From: Bacteroidia bacterium | Lineage (GTDB): Bacteria > Bacteroidota > Bacteroidia > NS11-12g > UBA9320 | Direction of reading: 5' to 3' | DNA: 64,000 bases | NCBI GenBank assembly: GCA_965655315.1 | Contig: CBFHGJ010000004.1 | Location: 4,382 to 68,381, forward strand | In this document: piece after piece, positions 11,001 to 20,044 of the stretch | Position numbering within the stretch: position 1 is the stretch's first letter | Layout: every line of letters starts with the position of its first letter | Program-made: the position numbers and the translations under genes | Notes under the pieces: model-generated | What the model was told of the DNA's origin: nothing | Seen by the model: only the letters and a program-made list of their open reading frames with translations | Database searches by the model: none

Positions 11001-14000
11001 CTATCAGGCCTAACGTAAATGAACCGTTCGGATTTCTCAAAGTTGGATCATTACCTATCTCCCCTGGAGTATAGCCTTTCACAAACTCTCCACCTAAGTT
11101 CCCCCTAATATCGTAAGGTAAAACAAATGGGATAGGAAGTCCTGGAGGAGGAGGAGCAAGAAGTCCACCATTATATGGAATGAAGTTATTTGGATCCGCT
11201 AAAGAATCAAGATTAGCTGCAAACCAGCGTTGTGTACAACCAGGTTTAGTTTCCGTTATGTTAAAGGTTAATATATAATTTAAGTTACTCCCGTCAAACG
11301 GACAAGGCAATCCAGAAGCCCACTCTAATCCATTTGCATTTGGTGGAATAAGTGCTAGAGATTTTGTCCCTTCAGACTCGCACATTAGAGGATGAATAGT
11401 ATCCTGTTGCCAAAGTGTTACGTTAAAGCATTGAGCATTTTCTAAGAACCATTCTTCCCTATGCTTAGCCGAATCCACAATTATCTGAGAAATCTCAGTC
11501 TCAACCAAAATACCAAACTGTTCTCTAAGCACTGGAATTCTAGAAGGCGTTGCAAACGTAGTATCAGACTCATTTTCTTCGATCTTTATAAGAACCTTAA
11601 TAGAATCATTACTTGATATTTCAAACTGTTCGTTTGCGTCAAGCGTAACTGTTTGTGGTCCTGTGAAGCTTCGAGTTCTTCCTACATTAGCTCCACCGCC
11701 ACCAGGAGCAGCTAACTGAAGTGTATTTATCGTTACACCAGCTGGAATGAACACATCCATCTCGTGGAATGCAGCCGTCCAAGTAGTTTTAGCATTGCCC
11801 GCAGTAATATTATTCCTACCTAACCAATCCTCAGTATGATATGTAGTATCTGTAAGATTATTAACTGCTACAAATGTGTCTAGAGCAGGATCCCAGTATA
11901 ATTCGGTTCCAATGAAACAAGATGGTGGCCTTTTAACTATCCAATTCCCAAGTCGATTCTGAGGGTAAATTACTCCTGGTTTGATTGTATCCCCTCGATA
12001 AATCAAAGTAGAATCCAAAGGAACAGTAAGTACTGTATCTCCCTGAACTATCATAGGATTTGAAGGGAATATATTTACTTGATAACATCTAGATCTGTCA
12101 CCATTTTTGAATAGTCTTGTTTCTCTAATTGGTGTAGTATAATTTCTACCATCTTGGAATGTTTGATATATCTCATCCCAAGGGGTATACCAGTGAACCG
12201 GAGTACTATCAATTGTCCAATTACAATTGATTCCTACATTCTTATTTACCCAAGGCCTACTGTCTGTGGTACACTGCGGAGCATATTGGTCTCCCATTTC
12301 CCATACACGCCACACGTTGGGGTTGTAGTTTCTGATAATTGGAGTCAATGGATCTACCGCAGTTTGATCTCCAATACCTACACCGCCTTTACCCACTGGA
12401 GGAGTGTAGTTAAACACCCATCTTCTTCGTGGATTCACTCCAAATCTATAACTCTTCCCACCTTTAGCAGGATCATACACTAGTCTATGCCAGGTAGTAT
12501 CCCCCAAACGGATAGCCGCAATGGAATCTTTTGCAGTATCAAAATAAACCTTGTAAGCTTTCTTTTTTATAGTATCCGTGGGAGCATAAGTACTATCTAA
12601 AGTCTTAGTGTTCCCTCGATTCAATTCTTCATATTCTCGGTAATGCAAGGAATAGAAACCACTGGTATAGTCATACTGATAATCAAAGGTGCAGTCATAG
12701 TAATACACTGCTGAATCTTCATCAAACCTGTTCCAATCATTTTGATAATAACTAGAGTTGTTAGGGAAATGAATAGAATCTCTAATCAAACACTGATACG
12801 TTTCATCTTCTGCAACACGGTCAAATGCCACTTCTATAGTAGAACCAGGTCCTATAAGCTGAACAGTATCGTATATAGTAATATCACAAGGCCCAGCAAA
12901 TAATCTTAGACTAATCATCCACGGTCCTGGACCGTAAGCTTTATTAGGAGTTAAAGTCTTGTCATTAAAATTAGCAGGACCTGCTGGTGGATCACCAAAA
13001 TTCCATAAAAATCTATCCACGGGAGTACCGTCCAGATTCTCAACCGAAAACTCTATCGGATTATCAGGTGTACAAGCAGGGTCAGGATCTGCCACTATTC
13101 TAGGGTCAAGAATAATATTACCTACAGCAGATTTCCATGTGAATACGTCTACACAACCATATGCTTCTACAATAAGACTACCATCAAATAAGCCTTGTGT
13201 TCTATACATATGTGAAACTTTATTGTCATTGTCTGGACCAAACCACCATTCAGTATTTGTAGTTCGGTTACCTCCTACAGATTCTCCATCTCCCCAATCC
13301 CAATAAAAACTATCGATATCAGCTAACGGGACTGTACTTGTATTTTCAAAAATACCTAAGGTAGAATCACAACCAGGATTAGGTCTAGGTGTAATATTGT
13401 TGAACTCGGCTCCTATCTTAGGATGAACATAGATGATGTCTTTATACTCAACACGTGCAATACAACCACTTTCATCTTCCACTTCAACTACTAAATCAAA
13501 AGAACCACCCGACGGATCTAAAATAGTGTGACAAATAGTATTGTCTAACTTTTTCCGAACTTGTCCATCATTGAAAATGGTATCATATCTCTGACCATCA
13601 CTGAATAAGTAAGTCACACGAATGATATTTCCTTCCGGTGCAGAAGATGTATCCCTAAAACAAAATCTATTGTCTTTAAAACACTGTGTGTCTCTGTCAA
13701 TCACAAATGCGTCTACATCTGGAGAAGGTTTAATTACTACACTTAGGTCTGTATTAGTACACTGACCTGCGGGTCCATCTCCTTTAAACGTAATAGTAAA
13801 TGTTCCTGAAGTCTGGTATGCATAGGTAGGATTCTGTTGAACAGAATTTCCGACACCATCACCAAAATCCCACTGCGGAGCTGTGGTATAACCAGGTGAA
13901 TTTGCTCTGAAACTAATAATCTCACCTACGCAAAAAGTATCCATAACCCCTTGTTGACCGTCTTTCATGGTCAACTGCGGTGAACACTGTGAATAAGCAA

Positions 14001-14154
14001 AACTACTCACAAAAATGAGCAGCGTAGATAGAACATACTTGTACAGTATATTCTGGATTGATGGTTTGTTCATATCTATATTCATTTGATAGTTGTCTTT
14101 TGTATTTAGCCTATAAAAGCTTGTAAATTTACTTGTGTTATCTCTATTATTCAA
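8077..14154 (-). CDS. giant (2025 aa) PKD-domain-rich surface protein with C-terminal T9SS type-B sorting domain (gliding motility-associated C-terminal domain)
   Basis: C-terminus …YNVFTPEGDIRNNEFVIDG…IYNRWGEKVFESDDINTSWNGK…GTYFYIINYKF… matches the type-B CTD. Repeated PKD-like WDFGDG…/WNFGD… motifs. The signal peptide lies at residues 38-55 of the track ORF, so the true start is probably ATG at about 14085 or 14073. Confidence 0.85.
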   Translation of the reverse strand: MNNRDNTSKFTSFYRLNTKDNYQMNIDMNKPSIQNILYKYVLSTLLIFVSSFAYSQCSPQLTMKDGQQGVMDTFCVGEIISFRANSPGYTTAPQWDFGDGVGNSVQQNPTYAYQTSGTFTITFKGDGPAGQCTNTDLSVVIKPSPDVDAFVIDRDTQCFKDNRFCFRDTSSAPEGNIIRVTYLFSDGQRYDTIFNDGQVRKKLDNTICHTILDPSGGSFDLVVEVEDESGCIARVEYKDIIYVHPKIGAEFNNITPRPNPGCDSTLGIFENTSTVPLADIDSFYWDWGDGESVGGNRTTNTEWWFGPDNDNKVSHMYRTQGLFDGSLIVEAYGCVDVFTWKSAVGNIILDPRIVADPDPACTPDNPIEFSVENLDGTPVDRFLWNFGDPPAGPANFNDKTLTPNKAYGPGPWMISLRLFAGPCDITIYDTVQLIGPGSTIEVAFDRVAEDETYQCLIRDSIHFPNNSSYYQNDWNRFDEDSAVYYYDCTFDYQYDYTSGFYSLHYREYEELNRGNTKTLDSTYAPTDTIKKKAYKVYFDTAKDSIAAIRLGDTTWHRLVYDPAKGGKSYRFGVNPRRRWVFNYTPPVGKGGVGIGDQTAVDPLTPIIRNYNPNVWRVWEMGDQYAPQCTTDSRPWVNKNVGINCNWTIDSTPVHWYTPWDEIYQTFQDGRNYTTPIRETRLFKNGDRSRCYQVNIFPSNPMIVQGDTVLTVPLDSTLIYRGDTIKPGVIYPQNRLGNWIVKRPPSCFIGTELYWDPALDTFVAVNNLTDTTYHTEDWLGRNNITAGNAKTTWTAAFHEMDVFIPAGVTINTLQLAAPGGGGANVGRTRSFTGPQTVTLDANEQFEISSNDSIKVLIKIEENESDTTFATPSRIPVLREQFGILVETEISQIIVDSAKHREEWFLENAQCFNVTLWQQDTIHPLMCESEGTKSLALIPPNANGLEWASGLPCPFDGSNLNYILTFNITETKPGCTQRWFAANLDSLADPNNFIPYNGGLLAPPPPGLPIPFVLPYDIRGNLGGEFVKGYTPGEIGNDPTLRNPNGSFTLGLIVGNGRMVPQQGGGMLPECLDTFWYNDLFRILYLNSGFTILEPTTPRKVICAGGEAVFRINEPIQDSISVLRWAWGYQGIGRGPTLDIYVEQFKYYEKYNGPVAGRNDANVIWSPSDDWLYNYVIRQTITDFGGLEIIDTIVTTIIKDYRIVADTRNADGAVKDAFEQLLGLNYSELPPEDIPLYLGDGTSGCLDTTGLSQFFRFGKKAYSEKVDPDVWVEGDRRMRCRVYSPMFLYDTTVTAESITVPDTTFFTDMAGNRVKSQVDPTQDSITSIQTRQENVQVNVIDSTNNYNRDDCVNSYEVSQILHFRDSSLQGYDTLLQDTSGNGQLDTIAGVWRKQYVFPEEVTPDPCFPGAKDTIFRAGNGPMIPTLFLNNTDGCEARSGNLLNVGFYNEYWLENENLCEGASLLVEDSLRYYQYGEEDPFTYPIKEIPFWQTPDRVANLIEFHKAFWGDGDSSVGSIVLNHRYKNPGKYDITIIAKDSIGCRDTSVLTAYISRLHPDFLGDSVISCESIVNFTDSSWVDDPCRDTCADGTILSCEKVIRWEWDFGDGTRKSLLQNPSHNYTSGGSFDVTLKVWSELGCEDSITKRIYIPGPRPEFEFDLGGLTDTIEICLGDSVFLKNLSTSDGNNPSLLMNWGDGNFSDPPAGSEKYGHVYQRADTFILWLAMQDVMPDGNSCTRVFPDSSESQLVQRRMVAIVKPLPEVHISADDTLVCPNEVINFTIDSLDERYTRLVWLSSEGDSLNRATTTDRTWSRSFSSPGNYWVAQAPEYDILPRCWGRDSVFVRVAGVEAKFSIDSSDRPNFCFINESVDADSTKYEWSFEDDPLPGSSNEVNPCYNWDNRTGTYEVCLIAQSSIGCMDTVCQLVNNSYVRRLVVYNVFTPEGDIRNNEFVIDGEGLEEYNIKIYNRWGEKVFESDDINTSWNGKVDNTKSDCPEGTYFYIINYKFEFGEENEGQGPIEGQVELIRQP

Positions 14155-14156
14155 AT

Positions 14157-15413
14157 CTAAGGTCGTATTAAAGTTAGTCTTACATTTTCGGTCTTACTAT
14201 TTTCTCCTTTGAGCTGATATTTTATACGTGCAATATACTCTCCTGGAAGACACTCTTCTCCCACGTTAAATTCTCTTCCATTCCACTTATTATCAGGATT
14301 TTGCGAAGTGAAAATCATTCTACTGTTTCTGTCAAAAATCTGAACAGTGAAGTTATCGTAGTCTCTAATTTCAATAGGATATTCATCATTATGACCATCC
14401 CCATTTGGAGTGAATGTATTGTATGTTTTTAAGTATCCAGTTGATTTTTTGGTCAGTGATACACTTACATTTTCAGCACAAGACAATCCCGTTGGTATTC
14501 CAACTAAATTGTATTGACCTACCATGTCTAACGTTACAGTCAAACTGCTCGAATTATTTTTGATTGACGCTCCGTTCAGAATCCAGTCAACCAATACGCC
14601 ACTAGGCTGTGTTTGGAAGCTATAATTATCCTTACCCTTTTGTGTTTTCGTTATTGTGAATGAATTATCCAATACTTGAATAGATTCCTCTGCACTAGCA
14701 AGTCCTGCTTGAAGGCTAACGAGCACTTCACCCGCCTCGTTGCACAGATAAGTTAACTCACTTGAATTACTAACTACTCTCTCTCCGTTAATGTACCAAT
14801 CCCCTGCAAAACTGCTGCTTAAAGTTACCGTTTCACCTTTACAAGGAGTGTTTTTCGATACCCTAATAGTTAATTCTTTCCTTTCTAAAATGTTAGACGC
14901 TTCATCTAATGTTTTAGATTTTTCGTAACCTATAGACTTATCAAGTACATCTGACGGGCTATCCTCAATTTTATCCTTGATTCCAGTTGTCTGGCCATTG
15001 TTTTCTAGAGTTTTTGGACGCTCAACAGAGCTATTTGTAGGAGTTGCACCTTTAGAGTCAGCGTTTTCAGAATTTTCATTAACAAGAATCTCTGTTTCTT
15101 CATAACCTTCGGTGTTTTCAGCTATTAGAGAATCAACTACCAAAACTTCAGGAGAATTTGGCACCTGATCTTGGGTCTTGTTTTCGTTGTAAACAACAAT
15201 ACCTATAGCTGCTATACCACCTGCAAAAAGGCCTACTTTCAGCAGATTCGTAGCAGATTTGAAAAAACTAACTGTTTGAGCTAATCCGCTAGCTCCTTGA
15301 GTTGTAGATGCAGATACATCAGTCCACACGTCTGAAGGAGGCGAAGATGTATGACCATCTAGTTGCTTTTTTAGCAGCTGCTCAAACTCATTTATATCCT
15401 CAAACTTCTTCAT
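14157..15413 (-). CDS. single-pass membrane protein, anti-sigma-factor-like N-terminus, Ig-like extracytoplasmic region and C-terminal T9SS type-B sorting domain
   Basis: 418 aa with about 55 aa of hydrophilic N-terminus, one TM (VGLFAGGIAAIGIVVY), and an acidic S/T/N-rich linker. C-terminus …YNTFTPNGDGHNDEYPIEIRDYD…IFDRNSRMIFTS…NKWNGREFN… matches the type-B CTD. ATG directly follows the TAA of the upstream sigma gene (TAAATG). Confidence 0.6.
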   Translation of the reverse strand: MKKFEDINEFEQLLKKQLDGHTSSPPSDVWTDVSASTTQGASGLAQTVSFFKSATNLLKVGLFAGGIAAIGIVVYNENKTQDQVPNSPEVLVVDSLIAENTEGYEETEILVNENSENADSKGATPTNSSVERPKTLENNGQTTGIKDKIEDSPSDVLDKSIGYEKSKTLDEASNILERKELTIRVSKNTPCKGETVTLSSSFAGDWYINGERVVSNSSELTYLCNEAGEVLVSLQAGLASAEESIQVLDNSFTITKTQKGKDNYSFQTQPSGVLVDWILNGASIKNNSSSLTVTLDMVGQYNLVGIPTGLSCAENVSVSLTKKSTGYLKTYNTFTPNGDGHNDEYPIEIRDYDNFTVQIFDRNSRMIFTSQNPDNKWNGREFNVGEECLPGEYIARIKYQLKGENSKTENVRLTLIRP

Positions 15414-15959
15414 TTATTTAAACCAATCTTTTAGCCAGACTTGAAGCTGTTTACGAGCTTTAAACAGTTGTGATTTAGATGTATTCTCATTCACACCTAA
15501 AGCTTCACTTATCTCTTTGTGAGAGTAACCATCGACGACAAACATGTTAAACACGGTTCTATATCCCGCTGGCAGCTTTTGCACTAGCATCATCATTTTT
15601 TCGGCGTCCATACTCCCTACATTTATGTTCGTTGTGAGTTTAACATCCGTTGAATTCAATTCGCTTACATCAAGATGCTTTTTTCGTTTTCGGAACTGCT
15701 CGATACTGGTATTTACGAATATTCGTTTTAGCCATCCTTCGAAGCTTCCAGAAAACGAGTAGCTACCTATCTTATTGAACACTTTTATAAAGCCTTCCTG
15801 CAGAGCATCTTTGGCTTCATCTTCATTGTTCATATATCTCAAGCATATGCTGTACATCGTGGCAGAGTGTCTATCGTATATCTTCTTAAACGCTTTGTTA
15901 TCTCCTTTTCCACAAGCCTTAATTAATGATGTTTCATCATATGTTTCGCTATGGCTCAT
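15414..15959 (-). CDS. RNA polymerase sigma-70 factor, ECF subfamily
   Basis: 181 aa. Region 2 (…YDRHSATMYSICLRYMNNEDEAKDALQEGFIKVF…) and region 4 HTH (…SHKEISEALGVNENTSKSQLFKARKQL…). Confidence 0.85.
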   Translation of the reverse strand: MSHSETYDETSLIKACGKGDNKAFKKIYDRHSATMYSICLRYMNNEDEAKDALQEGFIKVFNKIGSYSFSGSFEGWLKRIFVNTSIEQFRKRKKHLDVSELNSTDVKLTTNINVGSMDAEKMMMLVQKLPAGYRTVFNMFVVDGYSHKEISEALGVNENTSKSQLFKARKQLQVWLKDWFK

Positions 15960-16009
15960 GGTGGAGTTGGTATAAAGATGGACTCAAGACTGAGATGGTT
16001 GCCTATAAA

Positions 16010-16477
16010 TTATATTTTTTTTACGTGGTATTTCTCTGCCAGATATTCTTTTAAATTTTCAGCATAATAACCAACGGCTTCTAGTGGTTCCACTATCTCT
16101 ACTTCATTCAGGCCATGGGTCACCCTTTTATACTGTATACTAACCACTCTTTGCTCAGAATTTGCAATAAATCGTGCTCCAAATAAATGAAAATTCAAGT
16201 GAGCTAGTTCTTCCATGAACATTGCCAAATACTCATCTGCAGGGTAATGGCAAACTGGCGATACAACCTGAAATATTGCAGCTACATTATCTCTATCAAA
16301 ATACTGCCATTGACTAGCAACGTCCGGCTGCCATATATCAATATATAGCTCAGTTGAATCCCCTCTTTTGATAATATACTCGCCTTCGTTTTCACATCTG
16401 ATCTGCTCTGGCTTCAATTGCAAGTGCTTATTAACCGTCTCCTGGAAAACCTTGATTGCTTCCTTGATTTGCATCAC
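16010..16477 (-). CDS. hypothetical cytoplasmic protein (possibly YbjN-like)
   Basis: 155 aa with no signal peptide. The family assignment is a weak guess from size and composition. Confidence 0.35.
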   Translation of the reverse strand: MMQIKEAIKVFQETVNKHLQLKPEQIRCENEGEYIIKRGDSTELYIDIWQPDVASQWQYFDRDNVAAIFQVVSPVCHYPADEYLAMFMEELAHLNFHLFGARFIANSEQRVVSIQYKRVTHGLNEVEIVEPLEAVGYYAENLKEYLAEKYHVKKI

Positions 16478-16515
16478 GCAAATATAATTGCTCTACCCCC
16501 GTTTAGAGTATATTT

Positions 16516-19296
16516 TCACTTGATAATCCATGAGGTTGAATCTGACTGATCCTTCTGAGATACACTAATCTGATAAGTGCCTTTTTTAGGGTATGGATTA
16601 TTTTTATTATTAAATTTTACAGGGATTTTTAATTGATTTATTCCTCTGCGTGGTACGAAAGAATGTGTGAACAACGTTTCGTCCTCCTTTTTAATTTTCA
16701 AAACTACCTCAGCTACATCAGCAACTACAACATCTAGCATCAATTGAGGCTGTAGTATATTCCAATTGTAAGACCTCTCACCCCAAATATTGTTGAATTC
16801 TACTTCCTCAGGACTAAATACCGTAAGTCCAGAATCCTGATACTCAATAAGTAGGTTTAGACATTGGAGTTCTACTTTGTACAAGCTCCTCCCATGAGTT
16901 GCAATTAGAAGATCATTATTCACTTCATTTATAGTCAAATCATGAACTGGGACTACAGGTAAATCTGAAAGTGTTTGAAACGTTCCTCCACCATCAGAAC
17001 TAAACATTAAGCCTGCATCGGAGCCAACGTAAATCCTTGAAGTATTATGGACATCTTCACGTATAACGTTTAATGATTCCTCAGGCAAATCCTTACCAAG
17101 TTGTTTCCATGTTTCACCGAAGTTTTCGGAACAATAAATAAGGGCTGAGGTGTTATCCCAATTATGGCCATTTAAAATCAGATACACCTTAGATTTAACA
17201 TGTCTGGACGCGACTAATCTCTTTACCCAATACCCCTTAGGGAGTCCGTCAGATCTATCGAGCCAGTTATTGCCTCCATCTTTGGTACAAAAGACCTTCC
17301 CGTCATCACTGCCGGTATATATAAGTCCAAATTTCAATGGGCTCTCACTTATATCTGTCAATGTGCCATAGCTTACATCGCCCTTTGCAGACCCATTAGT
17401 TAAATCATCACTTATCGCCTCAAACGTCTCGCCCCTGTCCATACTCCTATGCAGTTTGTTGCTCCCCATATAAAGTATCTGTTGATTATGTGAGCTTAGT
17501 AAAATTGGTGTTTGCCAATTCCACCTTAATGGATCTTCTTTTAATTCATGCTTTGGGTGAATATATTTTCTCTTCCCATTTTTATCAATTCTGTAGTAAT
17601 GCCCAAATTGATATCCGGTGTAGATAGAACCTTGATCATCTATTTCTATTCGCATGCCATCTCCGCCTAAAAGTCTGCGATAGGGATATCTACCCTCTTG
17701 GTGCCAATAGGAAGATGCTTTGTAGTTTGGGGAGCCTTCCCAAACACCATTATCCTGAAGACCACCATAAACATAGTAGTTTTCCTTTTGGCTAACAGCT
17801 ACGGTATAAAACTGCCCTACTGCAGGAGAATTACATTTGATCCAATTCTCCCCTCCATCATAACTTATGTTAATTCCCCCATCATTTCCATTGATTAGGT
17901 GATTGGAATCGTTTGGGTTTATCCAAACATAATGGTGATCTACGTGGACATTATCTCCTCCTACAAATGAAAAATTCTTTCCGTGATCCGATGATTTTAA
18001 CAAAGGCACTCCAGCTATATAGACTTGCGATGGGTATGTTGGATTTACTTGAACCGTACCGAAGTAATAACCGTAAGTATAACACACCCGTTCTAAGACT
18101 TCGTTATGCGTTCTTTTCCAAGTCTGTCCAAAATCATTGCTTCTATAAAGCTCAGCTCCCTTCACATTCGTATCAAATAAATCGGCATTACTATCAGTCA
18201 AATAATCATATAATAGTTTAGGCTCAATTTCTCTTTTTCTTACTTGCTTTTTGAGATTTTTAGCATCGTGCTTTTTGGGAAATCCATTCTTCTTTAAAAA
18301 TGTATTTAGTGTGGAATCGCTTAAATTCATAAAGCTATCTACCGTCATTTCTAGAAATGCTTTTTTCTCTATCCCTTCCTGCCTTTTTTCAGGTTTCTCA
18401 AATTCTTCTTGGTTATCCACTAAGGCGTATACTACTCCACCAGTGGCTGTTGTAAGCCCTATACGACCTACGTTTTCTGAAGACAAGAAAGTAGTGCTAA
18501 CGTTCCAAGATTCTCCTCCATCTTGGCTGATATAAATACCACTTTCTGGACCACCTTCCCAAAAATTCCATGCTCTACGAGACTTCTCCCATGAAGATGC
18601 TATCAATTGTTGAGAATTCTCTGGATTAAACTCCATATCAATTACACCAGTATTTTCAGAAATATATAAAGTTTGCTTCCAGGTCTTTCCGCCATCTCCA
18701 CTTTTATATACTCCTCTTGCCTTACTTGTTGAAAACAGGTTGCCAATAGCAGCCACGAATATTGTATTCTTATCAGCAGGGTCTATGAGTATCCTTGCTA
18801 TATGTTGCGTACCTTCTAACCCTAAATGTTCCCAACTATACGTGCCATTGGAAAATGAAGATTTAAAAACGCCCAAACCTGCGTAGCTAGATCGACTACT
18901 ATTTGCTTCTCCAGTTCCTACATATATTTCTTGACTTGACCAATTTACGGCAAGAGCTCCGCAATTATTGGTCAATCCATTGTTGTCAAAAATCGGGGCG
19001 AATGACTGTCCGTTGTTTTTTGTTTCCCAAACACCTCCCGTGGCATAGGCCACAAAAAAGTGTTTTGAATTGTTAGGATTTACAGCTACGTCTACTACCC
19101 TACCACTCATTATAGTCGGTCCTATATTTTTACTTTTGATTGATGTGTAGATTGATTTAGACCGCTCCATCGATCTTTTCTCAGCTACCTCTAACCTAAC
19201 TTTATCTGAACTGGGTTTTACTGAATTTATGGGGTACTGAGCAGAAACATTGAATAAATGGAACAGAACGACTAGAATTAAAGTGAGCCTTTGCAT
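16516..19296 (-). CDS. secreted BNR/Asp-box repeat protein with sortilin/VPS10-like beta-propeller (glycosyl-hydrolase-like)
   Basis: 926 aa with a signal peptide. Multiple S-x-D-x-G-x-T-W-type Asp-box motifs (SGDGGKTWK, SQDGGESW, SNDFGQTW, SYDGGENW, TKDGGNNW, SENFGETW, SSDGGGTF). Confidence 0.7.
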   Translation of the reverse strand: MQRLTLILVVLFHLFNVSAQYPINSVKPSSDKVRLEVAEKRSMERSKSIYTSIKSKNIGPTIMSGRVVDVAVNPNNSKHFFVAYATGGVWETKNNGQSFAPIFDNNGLTNNCGALAVNWSSQEIYVGTGEANSSRSSYAGLGVFKSSFSNGTYSWEHLGLEGTQHIARILIDPADKNTIFVAAIGNLFSTSKARGVYKSGDGGKTWKQTLYISENTGVIDMEFNPENSQQLIASSWEKSRRAWNFWEGGPESGIYISQDGGESWNVSTTFLSSENVGRIGLTTATGGVVYALVDNQEEFEKPEKRQEGIEKKAFLEMTVDSFMNLSDSTLNTFLKKNGFPKKHDAKNLKKQVRKREIEPKLLYDYLTDSNADLFDTNVKGAELYRSNDFGQTWKRTHNEVLERVCYTYGYYFGTVQVNPTYPSQVYIAGVPLLKSSDHGKNFSFVGGDNVHVDHHYVWINPNDSNHLINGNDGGINISYDGGENWIKCNSPAVGQFYTVAVSQKENYYVYGGLQDNGVWEGSPNYKASSYWHQEGRYPYRRLLGGDGMRIEIDDQGSIYTGYQFGHYYRIDKNGKRKYIHPKHELKEDPLRWNWQTPILLSSHNQQILYMGSNKLHRSMDRGETFEAISDDLTNGSAKGDVSYGTLTDISESPLKFGLIYTGSDDGKVFCTKDGGNNWLDRSDGLPKGYWVKRLVASRHVKSKVYLILNGHNWDNTSALIYCSENFGETWKQLGKDLPEESLNVIREDVHNTSRIYVGSDAGLMFSSDGGGTFQTLSDLPVVPVHDLTINEVNNDLLIATHGRSLYKVELQCLNLLIEYQDSGLTVFSPEEVEFNNIWGERSYNWNILQPQLMLDVVVADVAEVVLKIKKEDETLFTHSFVPRRGINQLKIPVKFNNKNNPYPKKGTYQISVSQKDQSDSTSWIIK

Positions 19297-19370
19297 TGAT
19301 ACAAAAGTAGTTTAAGTAATACAGTATTGTTTTCCGGATTGTGGCTCTAAGAAAGAAAAACCATTCAGTT

Positions 19371-19997
19371 TTATTCTAACTGCCCGGCTCGTATAGAATT
19401 GCCCACAGTCATATTGATTCCATATGATTCAATTCCATATGCTCGCCTAGGATAAGGTCGGCTAATCCATTTACTTTTCATCCAAACCATCCGACCATTA
19501 GTTATAAAACCAAGGTATAGATTATCCCTATAAAAAAGGCTCGGCGGAGATATTCCAGACATCATAATTTCATCACCAGTTAATTTTATTAGCTCATTGT
19601 TTTTATACAATTTAGGCCCATCATTTGAAAAGCCTACCAAATATCCGTTTACTGCGGATATCCTTACAGAACTTTGATAGTTAGCTCCCGGCGTACTATT
19701 ACTGTTGAATTCGTACCATCTTCTATAAGAAATCTGAAAATCATCTAAAGAATCTCCATCTACGTCAAAGCCTAAAACAGCACTAGTGTCGTAAGGCATC
19801 AGTAATGAATCATAATCGGGGAATCCTTTATATCCGATATAATCGTAAGGAAATTCTAACACTAGATTGAAAGAATCGTTGGAGACTATATTGTCTGGTG
19901 CAACAGGTGTAACCTCCATTTCACCTGAGTCATCCTTGCAAGACAAAAGTGCCAAAACACAGCAGATGAGAACACCATAAACTTTCATTATTCTCAA
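19371..19997 (-). CDS. hypothetical lipoprotein
   Basis: 208 aa with a lipobox-like LLSCKDD after the signal peptide. Confidence 0.45.
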   Translation of the reverse strand: MRIMKVYGVLICCVLALLSCKDDSGEMEVTPVAPDNIVSNDSFNLVLEFPYDYIGYKGFPDYDSLLMPYDTSAVLGFDVDGDSLDDFQISYRRWYEFNSNSTPGANYQSSVRISAVNGYLVGFSNDGPKLYKNNELIKLTGDEIMMSGISPPSLFYRDNLYLGFITNGRMVWMKSKWISRPYPRRAYGIESYGINMTVGNSIRAGQLE

Positions 19998-20044
19998 AGT
20001 TAATGAAATAATTTCACCTTATCTCTTTGAGTTCTAGTTTGAGG

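Noticed and set aside
8495-13925. Track ORFs 8495..8704, 10084..10491, 12154..12483, 12959..13306 (+) and 13743..13925 (-)
   Set aside because: All are embedded in the 2025-aa T9SS cargo gene, antisense or in an alternative frame. The giant ORF's coherent PKD/CTD architecture explains the region.
15544-18535. Small plus-strand ORFs inside the sigma factor and BNR-repeat genes (15544.., 15775.., 17150.., 17698.., 17913.., 18251..)
   Set aside because: Antisense to well-supported genes. No independent signals.
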